The position numbers and the translations under genes were made by a program. A stretch of DNA of 63,962 nt, counting the filler, from Choristocarpus tenellus KU-1152 (lineage: Eukaryota > Protista > Phaeophyceae): assembly GCA_964200185.2 (NCBI GenBank). It is 11 parts of 11 records of this genome, joined end to end, with 100 filler letters (N's around TTAATTAATTAA, not from the genome) between each part and the next. Parts side by side here need not be neighbours in the genome. Positions count along the whole stretch, not along the records: positions 1 to 9,182 come from CAXNAD020003907.1; positions 9,283 to 13,397 come from CAXNAD020016136.1; positions 13,498 to 17,613 come from CAXNAD020016133.1; 8 more parts are not named here. The stretch is one strand, 5' to 3'. The notes under the pieces were generated by a model. That model saw only the letters and a list, made by a program, of their open reading frames with translations, made no database searches and was not told where the DNA came from. Below, piece after piece: positions 1-13,645 of the stretch; position 1 is the first letter of the stretch; each line of letters begins with the position of its first letter.

Positions 1-441
1 GGGGGGGTGGTAGTGGAGGTGGGTGGGGGGGGGGAGGGGGGGGGGGGGGGGGGTGGGGGGGGGGGGGGGGGGGGGGGGGAGGTATCCTAGCCCTAGCCCT
101 AGCCCTATCAATATAATCCAATGCACAACAGTGACTTGTTACTTTACCCCCTACCCTATTGGTCTGCAACAACTCTCTCTCTCTCTCTCTCTGTGGTTTA
201 TTGTCTGACTGCCGATGGATGGCAAGTTTGAGTCAACAGAACACATTCCTTCCACAACTCCAAACATCTCAAGGATATCCTAGGTTTAGGGTTACAGTTA
301 TCCGTATCAATATCAAATATCAATATCAAATATGGTTCTCTCTGGAACAAAGATGATGCACAACTCAGAAATCATTACATGCAATCTTCCTCCAACCCCC
401 TGCCCCTAATCACCACCCTCTCTCCAGAAGTAAAAATTTAC

Positions 442-3400
442 CTCAAGAGCATCATCCAGCTTGCCTTGTTGCTTATTAATGATGCCCACCCGAAACCGTA
501 CCTGAATAAACAGTTACATCCAGCACAGAAATCACAAAGAAAGTTCCAGTGAGAAAGGAAAGGCTACCCCTAGCCCTAACCCTGACTTCAATTGTTGAAG
601 GCCACAGACACAAAATACATGTCCTCAACAACAATAGGTAACAGTAACACAATAAAAAATACAATGAAACACACTACTGACACCACTGACAGTATAATTA
701 CTAAAAAAAAGAGTTCAAAACATCAAAAATCGACAAATGCATACATACGTGTGTTGAGATATTGGATAATACAGATCGCAAAGTTCAATGTGACTACATA
801 GTCCTCTCTCAGCAAGATGAAGGTGCCACCTATGAATGCAAGGAACACTCTAACCTTGCCTGCTGTGAAAAACAGGTTAGGGTCAGGGATACACAAGATC
901 ATTTTGGTGTTGAGAGATCAATCAGCATCACATAATCACTGTGTACTTGGAACTCTCAATGTACTACTCCAAAACCATGCGTGTGTGTTCCCTTTTCACT
1001 TCAATACACTTGTACAAACAACATAAACAACCTGCGATAACTTTGGGGTGATATCTACCCCACCAACCCCTCAGAGTAATGATCACCACCTTCAAGCCAA
1101 ACTTTCAAGGTGCAGATAAGGTTAAGGTACTGGTATTGACTCTTGAGATCTCTCACCTCATGATCAAGCTCAAAATTGGGGTCCATATTGAGGCAGGTTT
1201 CAAATGCTTCGATGGCGTGACTGTAGCTACCAAAGCAGTCGTACAACAGACCAATCCCGTACCAAAGACGAGCATCCTGTAGATAGATTATACACAACAT
1301 GACAAATAAAAAAATGTGTTCCCAGTAAGTGATAATTGTCTAAATATACAGGTGAAATGCCGGCTGAGATTAACAGGTACATTAACTCCTTCCTTTGCTT
1401 CCCTGACCTGCGTGGTGCAATGCAATCCATACACAAACATACCCAAAATCAAATATTGGGACCGTCCATCATCCAAGAGATCCTCTGGTGCAATGGATGC
1501 CCTAACCCTCCCTTCAACGCTAACCCTAAACCTAGTCCTAAACCACCAGGTCCTGTGAAATTTGACTATTGTGGTTACAAGAGACAGCAGAGACACAGGA
1601 GTAAGGAGATATTTCACAATAGGGTTAGGGTTAGGGTTAGGGTTAGGGTTGGGGGAGGATTTGGGCAGCTCTGAGATCAAGGCTGACCAGACCCCCACAA
1701 GCTACAGGGTGACCGAAGTTGAAGAATGGCTGCAGCTACAAGAACGCAGGAGCACAGTCAAGGTCTTTATGCAAGACTTCAGGGAGGAAGAGGAACTGGA
1801 AGCTATAGCAAGGAGAACTTTAGAACACTACAGATTAAGAAGGAAAATTAGGGTTAGGGTGGTGACAGCAGTGAAGAGGAGAAGCACCTCCACCACCCCT
1901 TGTTGAGGTGATATCAATTCTAGGTAAGAAGAACACCAACATCTACCAATGGACTGAACAACACTGGCACTCTTTTGTAGAAAATACAAACACCATATTT
2001 AGAGCGCTCGGACGTCAACATGTCCGGTAAAGAACCCTAACCTTAGACCATATCGTGGTTGGTTAATCAAGTCACATATCAACATATTCTAGAGCACACC
2101 AAAGACTTCACATGTTCATCACTAGCGGGGCATTAAAAGACACAACAAACAAGATTAAAAGTCATCTGCAGGTGGACCATACAACACCAAAAAAAGGTCA
2201 CATACTGTCACACACTGAGTCGGAACAAACTTTACAAAGATGTTTCAACGCGATATGCAGCTCTTCGGGTCTTCACACCTTCACAAATTAAGATCCGTTA
2301 ACCAATAAAACATGTAAAACTAGGATGATGCACAGCAACTGACCCTACCCTAACCCTAGAAGGCATAGGCGGGGGTATTCGTGAGTGGGTGTTTGTGTTT
2401 AAATCGAAACAGCAAAAAGTCTCCAATCATACTATAGGGAAACAATATTCTTTCTCTGATCTCAATATTCCATCAATGAGTCCCAAATCACTACATCTTT
2501 ACTAGTACCCTAATCTCACCCCTAGAATTATCCCTAGCCTCCTATGCAATGGGTTGTAACCACCTACCCATCCATCTACAATCCATCAGCAGCCTATTGA
2601 TTGGTGCTTGCTGTGAATGCTAGTAGGGACAGGAAAAGCACACAATTTGGAATGTTCAAGATGTAGGCATCTACACACACAACTGTGACTGATAAGCACA
2701 CTGTATCATTACATAACATTATATACATCACTCACTTTCAACATTATTGATACCAAATCTACAATAAACTGATACTTAGAAACAGAAACATGTGAAAAAT
2801 GAAAATAATAAAATAAGGACACATGGTAAAGGCTGTGTACACTTTCATAGTCCCACATACATTTCAAAATAAATCAATTTCAATTTAGTCAAGATATGAG
2901 CATCAATAACTACTGCTAGGGTTAGGGCTGTACAAGCTTCATAAAAAACAGTGTGTCAAGAGTAGCAACAAGGTGAGTGTAACACAAAAATCTCTCCAAA
3001 CCTTGGGGTTTTGTATATGGAACAAGGCATTTTGGTATGCCGTGTATGAGTTTTGCAGGTCATTGATCATCAGATAACAGTACGCCAGCTCCTCCCAAGC
3101 ATGACCATCTTTGTCATCATATGCCACTGCCTGCTGTAGGTACTCCACAGCCTTTTGGTATAGGATTGTGGAGAATTGTCATGGGATCACAGCAAGCATT
3201 CATAAAAAAAATGAAAAAAGCGCAAGGTTTCAGCTGGGTTGAGAGAGAGCCAGCAAATGAGGTCATCTTTGGGGGGAACTCCTGCAACAGCCGCATTCAA
3301 GCAGCACTATGGTGATGTCTCCCCTCTTACTCATGAGGGAGAGATTCTCAATAAACAACAGTACCATAATAACAACCGAAATCAATTATGTGTACTGGTA

Positions 3401-6145
3401 TACCTGTATGATAAGTATGATAGGTATTATAAGTATGGTAAGTATGATAAGAGCAGGGTTTCTGTTGTTCTGGAAACACATCTCTTCACCCAACAGGTAC
3501 AATTTTCATGCCACACAAAACAGGACACAGGAAATCCAATCAGACATTGTGTGCAGAAGAGAGGTGTGATGTAATTGGACATTGGACACCTTTCCCATTT
3601 GAGTCTCATCGTGCAACTACAACCCTAACCCTAACCCTAACCCTTACCTCAACTTCCAAATATTTATTATTATGGCAGTGTAATGATACACGATTTGACA
3701 AGAAGATGAGGTTACCACAGCCCACAGGCATACCAAAGCAACCCTACAGTATCAGCTCTGTTTCCCTCAGCTTCCCAAGATATTTTCTTGACATTAAATC
3801 CAAAACCCTAACCCTTGCCCTAGGCATACACACACCTCCTTACTGTAACCCTATCACTAGACATCGCACTGACTAGGGTTAGGGTTCACGAACAAAATCA
3901 CTTTGTCATCACCATCACCTCCTCAACATCCAATATTAACCATAACCCTAACCCTAACCCCATGATACACACAACAACACACCATGCCAACATCACAATA
4001 ATAAGCTTACAATAGCTCATACTGTGCGATCCTTGGAAATTACCAGCAGTGAATTTCAGGAAAAACAGCTCTCCGTTAGAGTCAGTCAGGCATCAAATAG
4101 TAGCTTTACTCCGCTTTCTCAACAGATCTAAAAACCAAATTTGCTCACAGGTAACATACAAAACACAGCAATATGGACAGAGGTGGTGCACATGAACGAC
4201 AAACCCTAACAAAAACAACCCTAAACATACACTGGACAAATTCACAGAAGATTGTAATACCCCCCCTGAACTGCATGTTGGGAGAAGATTGTAGGACCTA
4301 TGGCGGCATGCTGGAGAGATGGCACACAACAAAAATATTGGTGGGGCGTATCCACTAGTAGTACCTTCATGTACAAATGTAAAACACAAGGATAGTACAT
4401 GCTGACATGTCCGCACTACAATATAAAAACACATAGGCCACAGTCTACAAGTTGAGAGTATCACTGTCTCGGCATTACAATAATATATAATATATAATAT
4501 AGTTTTCCAATATATGCACAGAAAGCAAGCAGGGAAGGAAGGCCAAAGTTTTCGAGCAGGCACACAAGGGCCTCAGAAACAATTAGACATTTTTTCCCCT
4601 TAGCTAGATATTTGAGACATTCGTGAGACCTCATTACGAAGCACCTTCATATCCAGCACTCTCCCCTTGCCTCCACCATACCCCTCATCCATAATATACA
4701 TAAAAATGGGGTGAAGCGGTGCAACAGACCTCCTGTTAAAACATAATTCCTAGATATGGCTCCCAGAGCACTCCATGACCTCTCACCAAGGTCCTTCCAA
4801 TTTCATCAGGAGTCATTACGCACCATGGCAGGTCTGTGTCCATTCGAAGCGTCCAAAAAGTGAACGACGGAGTCGGTACATGGGATTTTCACCCTATCAG
4901 CAAGGGTGTTCTTGAGGGGGGTAGTCGCCATAATACGACATCCCACTATATTTTAATTGACACAAAGTTACAATCCACACGAAAAGATAAAAACGGCATT
5001 TTAATCAGTGGAGCTTGCAATAGATTACAAACGACATATATCCCAACCAGCAAAAACCCTTATGTACCATTGTCTGGTCCCCGTTATAGCAAAAAAATAA
5101 TAATGTAGAACTGCTCCACAGTATCCCCCGGTTCACATGACACTTGACATGAGCATATCAGGAAATGTAACGACATGGCAAGGGAGACTTCCACAGTCTC
5201 CCCTACCTGTCTTGAACACGATATATATATATATATATCCCTACCCAAGTGCAAAATTATACGTCCAACTCCTTCATTGATATCATTATCAATATATGGG
5301 AGAAACAGGGCCTCCAGTTGTTCAGGTTGCTCTGTCGAACACCTGTGCTAGAATCTATCCTCTCAATCTGCCTATCCAGGGTTCACCGCGTACGATCAAT
5401 ATTTCCAATTCAAACTGCAACCTAAGCTACCTTCTATAGAGGGATATTAAATATTTCGTGTGTGTTCAATCCATATGCAAAGTTATGCAGTATAAAGGAT
5501 GTACAAAAGTCCATTTGGTATCTGGTATCCCCGCACACTCGAAAAGTCCTGACAAAACGCAGGGAATGAGCGAGGATTTAGACTGCCTAGACGACAGAGA
5601 GTAATATGGATTCGTCGATGAATCATGCTTGGAGCAGGATTTGCAATGAATATAACTTCTCTCATTCTTACCTTTCGATAATCTCCCCGAGCCTTGTACA
5701 CTCCTCCAAGACCTGCATAAGCAGTCGGACTGTAGGGATTGTGTTCTAACGCCCTCTCAAGGCACTCCGTGGCCTTGTCGTGTTTCTCCATTGATCGTGA
5801 GATTGAACCCAGCGTGCCCCAGGCATTTTCATTTGCCACAGCAAGTTGCTTCAGTGCACCTTCCACTCCTCCTCCATCCCCCTGGCCCTGAGGAGAATGT
5901 GACTCAACATGCATTCCTACAGCACCTCTACCATGGGAGCCAGTAGAGTAGGTTCCGGTTGGTGGTGGACCTCCCCTCACAGGCACTACAGGAGGTGAAA
6001 CGTGCGATCGTCCAGGCATAAGCATACCAGGCATGGAGGGTGATGAGGCATAAGAGCTGAAGTGTCCATGTCCGTATGACTGGGACGGTCCGCCACCTCC
6101 ATGTGCTGTAGGGCCCATTGAACCTCCAGGTTTGCGAGGTTCCAT
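442..6145 (-). CDS. CYC8: CYC8/SSN6-like tetratricopeptide-repeat transcriptional corepressor, 5' part (4 exons; 3' end runs off the contig)
   Basis: Phase-0 GT-AG exons at 6145-5672, 3151-3002, 1276-1157 and 501-442. They encode a Gly/Pro/Ser-rich N-terminus, then TPRs: LAVANENAWGTLG..ALEHNPYS, AVEYLQQAVAYDDKDGHAWEELAYCYLMINDLQNSYTAYQNALFHIQNPK, DARLWYGIGLLYDCFGSYSHAIEAF..MDPNFE, VRFRVGIINKQQGKLDDALE. These closely follow the Ssn6/Cyc8 TPR series. The UTX/KDM6 TPR region is the related alternative. Confidence 0.85.
1619..1652 (+). repeat. Interstitial telomere-type (TTAGGG)n tract in an intron
   Basis: TAGGGTTAGGGTTAGGGTTAGGGTTAGGGTTGGG, with further CCCTAA/TTAGGG patches elsewhere in the same contig. 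Confidence 0.85.
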
Positions 6146-9111
6146 ATTCCCCTGGTCACTCGCAAACCCCTAGCTTCCTCAAGTCAAATCTCCACCTACA
6201 CAAAAACTCTACTTTCCCAGTGATTTGCACCTTGCGTTAGTTTCAGGATTGACAGAAGTGTGAGTGGTGTGTGTACGGACAAAAACTGAGCTTTTGTGTT
6301 CTGTGAGTCTTTTTTGAGGGGTCACATCTGAGAGATGAAGAGACAGAGAGGGTGATCATTTGATTGATTATTCTCTTGTTTGTGACAACCGAAAGAAGAA
6401 CGTATCCATGGACTACAATCACAGATTTGTGAAGTTTGTATCTAATGGAAGAATAGAACCAATGAGAGATGAATATATTCTTGATCCTTTCAATCGTTGT
6501 TCCCTTTAATAATTTCACCCCCTAACGGCCAAAATTTTCCACTTAAAGAGTTGTTCGTTGTTTGTAAGAGTCTGGGAGATGCAACCACAGCAGACCGAAT
6601 CTTCCTATCGTAGGAAATATTTGGCAATAAACGAATCGGTGAAAACAGGGAAGAGAAAGATCAAGTGCATTATTGTACCCACATACGCCCATGGAGAACT
6701 CCATTGTTTTGCAGTTATTTGTTCAACTGGAGATCATGCACCTCAAATGAAGCTGTCATGTTGATATCTTGTTGAGTTGTTCTACCGTGGATTTCTTGTT
6801 GGAAGAATAGAAATTCAGAAACCTGTAATATGTGATTACTCCTTGATTGTAAAGGAACCATGTTCCTATACATGATTGAAATTAGTAGTCTTCAGATTTA
6901 GAGCGGCGAAAACAATATAAAATATTTTACGCTTCCACGCAGAAACGATGAAGAAGAAGGAAGAAGACCAGCCAGATCCAGTCTATGACAATACCAGGTA
7001 CCACAGATCAATAATTCACAATAATTCTAATGTTTAACTCTTTGACATTTTACAGATGTGTCAATGCAAAAAACGATGAAAACTATTCACGTGTTAGAAA
7101 AATCCCTAGTATCGTCAAATTGTCATTATTACTGCTATATTACCACTACTCTTGTAGTAACAATGACATAACCAACAATTCATTCTACAACAACAGGATA
7201 AGACTCTCCACGCCCTACCCTGCGAGCATACAATGCACTCATTTTTGGGGGGGGATTCTATATCCTGTACGAAGACAGGCACATCCGGTTGATGTGACCA
7301 CCTCTAGTATTAGAGTTTAAAGGCTACCCTTGACGAGAACTCGACACCAGATTGCAGTCTTCACAAAACACACAATTTAATCCCTCACACAAAAATAAAC
7401 CTCAAATCCTTAAAAGAGTAGAGCTTTGCACACAGAAGTCATGCTTCATCTTTCCATATCCCTTCTTACAGAAATTATACCCACTCCTGAATCGTGGATA
7501 GTGACACACATACTAGATGCCCTGTGCTAACCGCTGACTACGTGACACCTCCAACCACCACGAATTTCGATCAGAGGAATCTCCGATCTAGCTTCAAAAT
7601 CATTGGCCTGACAATTTTTTGGCTGTATTTGGTACCCTGGACCAACCAACATCAGCACCAAATATCTTATCGCTAAGTTCCTACAGGTCTCTACAAAACT
7701 ACTTGTCGTGGGATCCAGTGTGTGGGTCAGTGGTTGAAATAGGCTTTTCTCCACATTAATTTCATGGGTTTGAACTGAAGCCCATCGACACCAGGCTTCT
7801 TTTTCTGGAAATCTGTTTTCGATTATCTCAAAGACCACTTGGCAAGCGCAATGAATTATGCACTTTACAGTCCTGTCTGTGCCTACACAAAAAAAAAAAA
7901 AAGTCGGACCAAGATCAGGGTGGCATTTTCGAGGCGGGTCTAGCACAGGATCAAGGGAAGAGGCGAAGTAATGAGTGTGGGATTGCTGTTCCAGACACTA
8001 GAAGAGAATAAGCCTTTTCTTAGTGAGCCAAAGGAAACGAGAGGAACACAGTTTTTTGCCTTTTACATTCTAGTGCAAAATAATTTGAGAGGGTTAATTT
8101 CTCTATTGTGTGTAACTTTTCGATGCAATTCAGAAATATTCTACACTCATTTGTAAAAAATAGTGATTTTTTGCTCGTTTTTACGGGCATCCTTAAAATG
8201 TACCACTCGTTTGCTTTGGCTCTCATCAGGTTGACCTCCCTTAGGTCGTGACTTATGTTTTTTTTGCGAGTTGTGGACGTGAGGTACAAATTATGATAAT
8301 CGGAAGGAAAATATATCTATTACCTTTATTAGAATGGGTGACCGTCATTGATGTGGGAGGAAACCCTGAAAATGGTTTCATCAGTTGATATATATATATA
8401 TATATATACCTTCCGATTTCTGACAAGACCCCCTCACGTCCACAACTCACAAAAGTAAAAACCCTTTAAGAACGGCCTTGGCATCTGCAATAGCAAGATG
8501 TACATCAGCAATGTGACACTCTCTGGTATGTCATATATCCATGAAGCACCTTGGTCTACCAACCACATATATACACATGCCTACCACCTGTATTCATTTT
8601 TTGCCCTTACGCAAGCATCACTCGACCACGATTCCAAACTTCTCAGTATAATCTTGCAGATACATTCATTATTCAGTGCTTCCCCTACACGTGTTCACCG
8701 CTATTCATGACTGCAAGTTCCCCAGGCGAATGAACAAGTTGCGGCATCTTGGATAACAAAGCACTCAAATATATTATGGGCAAAACAATACCAGTCGAGA
8801 TAAACACACACACACACACCATATAACAATAGACACAAGTGTGCAGGTAGGTGTGTTAAATCCATTGTGATTCCCAAATTCTCGGAGAAAATAAGTCAGG
8901 GGTTAAACCCACAGATGCAGCGGACCACTGCTGGCCTGTCACCACACTGGAGTATGAAGACCCAACCCCCTGAACGCAGTGATTGTAATATTCTTTTGCA
9001 AAGTGTGGAGCGGGGACTGGAGCTGTATATCACAATTGTTCAACGATCTCCTCTTTGGCACGGACAGAACACTGTTTTTACTACTTCTCATACTACGTAC
9101 TGCAACCAACT

Positions 9112-9182
9112 GGGTCAGAGTATCTGGGGAGGGGTGGTGGTTTGTGAAGGGGCGTCCGTTTCGGTCAAACAACTCTTTTTTT
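9112..9182. mobile_element. MITE family C end at a contig boundary
   Basis: GGGTCAGAGTATCTGGGGAGGGGTGGTGGTTTGTGAAGGGGCGTCCGTTTCGGTCAAACA. Confidence 0.75.
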
Positions 9183-9282
9183 NNNNNNNNNNNNNNNNNN
9201 NNNNNNNNNNNNNNNNNNNNNNNNNNTTAATTAATTAANNNNNNNNNNNNNNNNNNNNNNNNNNNNNNNNNNNNNNNNNNNN
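9183..9282. other. Artificial contig linker N44-TTAATTAATTAA-N44 (also at 13398, 17614, 30365, 40859, 47571, 52057, 55027, 58414, 61347)
   Basis: An identical 100-nt spacer with stops in all six frames occurs ten times. Confidence 0.98.
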
Positions 9283-9649
9283 GGGTGTTCGATTAGACTC
9301 TTCCAACTCTATCGGACAGTTACGGGTAAAATATGTATGGAGTAATGGAACAATCAATTAGTGGTTGAGTTATCAGAACCTTTTACTAGTGATTAGTTGA
9401 ATGAGAATTTTTCTCATATAGAAGGAAATATTTCTGATTTTATGGGGCCTTGCATGCCCCACCTTAATTTAATCAATCACTCTACTGACATCACGCAATC
9501 CGCCAGGTTTATCACCTTTATCCTCCTTGATGATTTTGGGGATACTTTAACATAAAGATTGATATGTGTATCGCAGTTGAGTTGGTGGTACTACATGGAA
9601 AATGTTGAGCATTGGCGCGGTCCTATGTTGTACGTCTGTTCAAACATTA

Positions 9650-9855
9650 GAGTCAAAGTATCTTGGAAGGTAGTGCCACGTCCATTTGGGGACCAAAATT
9701 CAATGTTGCAATTTTGATGTAATTTTGGCTATCATTGTTGTTACCTACTCCGAAAACATTTTGGAGTAGGTGAACTGTCATTAAAAACTCGCGGGAAACC
9801 AAGGCTCAAATGGACGAACAGGGAAAAACTCGTACCCTCTAAGATACTTTCACTC
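9650..9855. mobile_element. Sola2-like MITE, family A, internally deleted
   Basis: GAGTCAAAGTATCTT..CAATGTTGCAATTTTGATGTAATTTTGGCTATC..CTCGTACCCTCTAAGATACTTTCACTC. Confidence 0.85.
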
Positions 9856-11467
9856 TTAATGTGAAACGGTTGTGTTTCTCTGCACACCTTTTAGTTGTCT
9901 TGGTGATGTAGAAGGGTCTCCACTTCACGAACATGGACAGGCACGGTATCGGCCCATGTGTTACCTCCATCTCAAACCTCTCTTTCAAGATGTTTTTGTG
10001 ATACTGACCGCTTCTCTTTCCCACTCTTTCTCCATGCTTCTGCGCATTCCTTTCTTCTTCCATGGTTGTTCTTCTTTTTCACCAAGGTCGTTGTGAGCAA
10101 CCGATTGCCATGCATGTCATTATGATAAGTGCTCGAATATGCGGTGCTTCAAATCAATCACTTGTTGTAGTGAGTGATTGTAATAGATGCCACCAACAAT
10201 CAGTAGTGGTGATGGTAGTTCTTATCATATACAACAACTACCTATCGTGACAATGCCAAATGTGGTGTCTGTAGTAATAGTTCCAACCACAGCAAGCAGT
10301 AGTGCTGATATTATCCACTTGTAGAGTTGTATCATCCTTGTAGCACTTCCTACGGTTGTACTGGTGCTTGTACACTACCCAACATTACGTCACGTCATCT
10401 TCTGGTAGCAGGGGTTCGACGAACTCTGAGTCACACATTAATTTTCCCTTCCCTTATACCCTATCCCTTCCAGATGTTGCTGGACCCGTATCCTCAGGTG
10501 GGTTTTGTAAATTGGTTGGTACCACACGCTACATCAATCAGGAGGATCTATGAGGGTTCACGAATCTGTGCACACTAAGGGAATAGATGGACAGCATGGC
10601 AAGAGATGTGTGAGGGGTTGGAGGACTATTGGGGGTGCCTCTGGATAGGTTCAACTCGTACTCAAGCCCTGCAGATGGCAGTTGTGTTTTCCACAATGCG
10701 TAAAAAGCTCTTAAAAGGGGTTGAAGGAGTAAGAATAGAAGGCTAGATCGAAACGATGCAACAGAGGGTAGATTCCATAACTGCCGTCTGTAGGTTACAA
10801 AAAAGCAGGGGGGCGCGCGCGCGCGTAGTCTCTATGTCAGTACGTTCAATTATGAATGCATTTTTTTTGTCGTGCATGTTTATTGTTTGCTACGATGTGC
10901 GTATGTCTGAGTGTAGCATTTAGCACTAACATTGCTTCTGCTGTGCTATGTGCAGTAATTACAATAAATAGTGATGTATTGTACGTAGTGTGTAGTGTGT
11001 ACTCTCTGGGTATGTGGTGTTCTACGTACTATTATCCAGGAGGCATGCAATGGATTGTTTTTAGTATGTGGTGTGTCTATCATGTCCCATGCATCGCACA
11101 TACTTACATACTACTACCACTACCGTACGCATTCATTCCTGTCTTGTTGAACACATTGAAAATAAGTATTTGTGAAGGTCAGTCCTAGACCTGACATTTC
11201 CTTTTATCTCATTCCTCGAACAACACTTTTGTGACCTTTTCTGCAATAGCAGCAGCAGTAGTAAACGAATTCCCACTAAGTTTTACAATTGCATGAGGAC
11301 AGAGAGACAAAAATAGCTTTATCACACGTTAGACAATAAATGAAGAAAGGGTATTTTCAAGTTGGGATTGGGCGAAAAGGATGTGCATTTATGCACCACA
11401 ATGAGTGCGACAGGTATTTTCCCTCTCACAGAACTGAATGACCTAGAAAAAAACAATTTCTAGGAAA

Positions 11468-11643
11468 GGCTCAAAGTATCCGAGAGGGAGTGGCAGGTGT
11501 CATTCGGGGTACATTTTTCCATGTCGCGATTTTTTGGGTGATTTACATGGGTCGGACGGATAATATAAGTTTGCTTCTCCTGGTCATGGGCGGAATGGAC
11601 ACCCTGGTGTAGACTCCCCCACCCCCCCCAGATACTTTGACCC
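11468..11643. mobile_element. MITE family B (related TIR core, poly-G/C subterminal)
   Basis: GGCTCAAAGTATC..CCCCCCAGATACTTTGACCC. The internal sequence is the reverse complement of the copies at 31979 and 61122. Confidence 0.8.
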
Positions 11644-13214
11644 AGATCTAACTCTGAGTTTCAATGAGTCACCCTAAACTCAAAAGACTCTGTATTCAAT
11701 GTAAAGATACGACTATATTGAATAAGTCTATAGCATCATTGGTTTCTTTCAGAGTCATACTGCTGTGCTGACTTTATCTATTCTATGTTCTATATTTTGA
11801 GTGTCCTTGTGACCCAGTGGAGTGATCAAAATGCAGTGGCTACCTGGGAAAATTAGCGGCTTTGAACCCCTTCGACTCCACAACTCCTTTTTAGGAAATC
11901 TGGTTACAATGGTGTATTCCATGTGGAAAGCTCAACAGTTTTTTTCCCCTGCAATATACTGTCTGAGGCTGTACCACAAGAATGCTGACCAAGATCAAGG
12001 GGAAACTTTGGGTTTGGTCTAGGAGAAGGTTTGAGAGAGACAGAGTGACCACTGGCGGGAGTGCTGAACCCAACCCGTGAGAAGCAAGGCAGGAATGGAG
12101 GCAGTGTAAAAAAATATTGCGGAATAGTTAATAATAGTTGGAACATGGCCATAACTTTGTTTTTCTTGTCCAAGTCAGATAAAATATGTATGTGATGAAG
12201 GAGGGGGGCAAGAGGCATCTGGTAGAATGGGCAGAAACTGTTATCAAGCTAATACAGGTATTTTGATATTGTTCGGATGTGTTTAAAAATTTCACATTGC
12301 TGGAGAAAACGTGATATTGAAATGTGTATCAGAAAGCATATATACCAGCAGAGAGCATGGGTTTAGGCGTTTGTGTATTTCTGTAACGGTGGGTGCTTTT
12401 TGGAGTGATGCAGGACTAGAGAAATATAGCTTTAATTTTCGGGGTAGCAGAGAAGTATTTTTATGTGTTTTGTGCACAAGGCATGGAAACGAAATGGGGC
12501 ACATAATATCTGTGCTTCTATTTTCCTTTCTCAAGCTTCTTAAACATCAATATCTTGGGGGGGTCACTCTTCACCCATACGAGGAACTGACGAAGAAAAT
12601 AGAAGCCTCCACTCGCGCAACTTCACTTAAATACTCTTGCAACGGGTTTTCGTCTACTAGATGTGTTTGTTACATTATGACAGACATAAAATCAGATGTA
12701 TCCCTGTATGTTACGATGATACTAAAGCGTGGTTGGCCTCCTTCCAGGACTTGCTCATTGATGTTTTGCCCATTGAAGAATTGAAGCATTGAAGTGTTTC
12801 GGGTCACCCAGGATCGTTATATCTTTAATCTTTGTATGGGTACCACTCTATCCATCCACACCTTCTTCTACATCTTCCTCTCCTCCGCATCACTCTCCAC
12901 AACCGACTGTATTTTTTCCACTATTATTTGTGAGGAGCTGTAAGTCTATAATCTGATTATATACTTCCCTTCTATTTTATAAAATAGAGAGATATACATA
13001 GGATTGAAGCAATACATTAATCAGTGAGGTGGAAGTATTTATGTAAAGTTTTGTTTTCGAGTTCTACAATAGGTTTTAAATTGATTTTCCACCTATAACT
13101 ACATAATACACAATAATTAAACCAATAAAAAATATTATGATTATTGAAATACCCACTTTTTTCTTCAATTTGAGTTTGTTATGAGAAGGTTTCTAACAAA
13201 CAAGTACTACGGTA

Positions 13215-13397
13215 TAATATTATTATCCCCTCTGACATTTTGCAGATGTGAAAACTATAACACACTGCAAGTGTGAAATCCACCAGTTACTTCACTACTA
13301 TCCATATTCTACTGCTGCCTTCCTCTGCTTCCCGTCTACCTACTCCTGCACCCCGGGGGGGGGAGCTAGGGAGGCATCCCAACAATCCAACAAACCC
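13215..13397 (+). repeat. Dispersed repeat family X (copy 1)
   Basis: Shares TATTAT..CCCTCTGACATT..GAAAACTAT and CCTGCACCCC..GAGCTAGGGAGGCATCCCAA with 59310-59555, and in reverse with 13640-13775 and 61790-61985. Confidence 0.7.
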
Positions 13398-13497
13398 NNN
13401 NNNNNNNNNNNNNNNNNNNNNNNNNNNNNNNNNNNNNNNNNTTAATTAATTAANNNNNNNNNNNNNNNNNNNNNNNNNNNNNNNNNNNNNNNNNNNN

Positions 13498-13645
13498 GAA
13501 GCGGCTGTGCAAGGTCGCGTCCTCCTACCATGTGGGTAGCCAGCTCATCCAGGAAGTTTTCCGCTTGCTTGCCGAGGCGCCCAAAACTTTCCACCGTAAA
13601 GGTGTCGAGGTTATAACTACGAGGATCAAAGGATATAGTTTTCAT
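13498..13645 (-). mobile_element. Remnant of a non-LTR retrotransposon restriction-like endonuclease region (CRE/R2-type)
   Basis: SFDPRSYNLDTFTVESFGRLGKQAENFLDELA. Near-identical to 61470-61572. Confidence 0.6.

Noticed and set aside
1-80. Poly-Gly ORF (and the poly-Pro ORFs at 61270-61312 and 47716-47740)
   Set aside because: Homopolymer G/C runs at contig ends, of unreliable length and probably MITE-derived.
1288-1906. ORFs with NPNPNP, VRVRVR or LGLGLG peptides
   Set aside because: These are translations of intronic TTAGGG repeats.
6948-6997. Possible first exon MKKKEEDQPDPVYDNT of a gene divergent from the CYC8-like gene
   Set aside because: It has a plausible ATG and donor, but I could not find convincing downstream exons.
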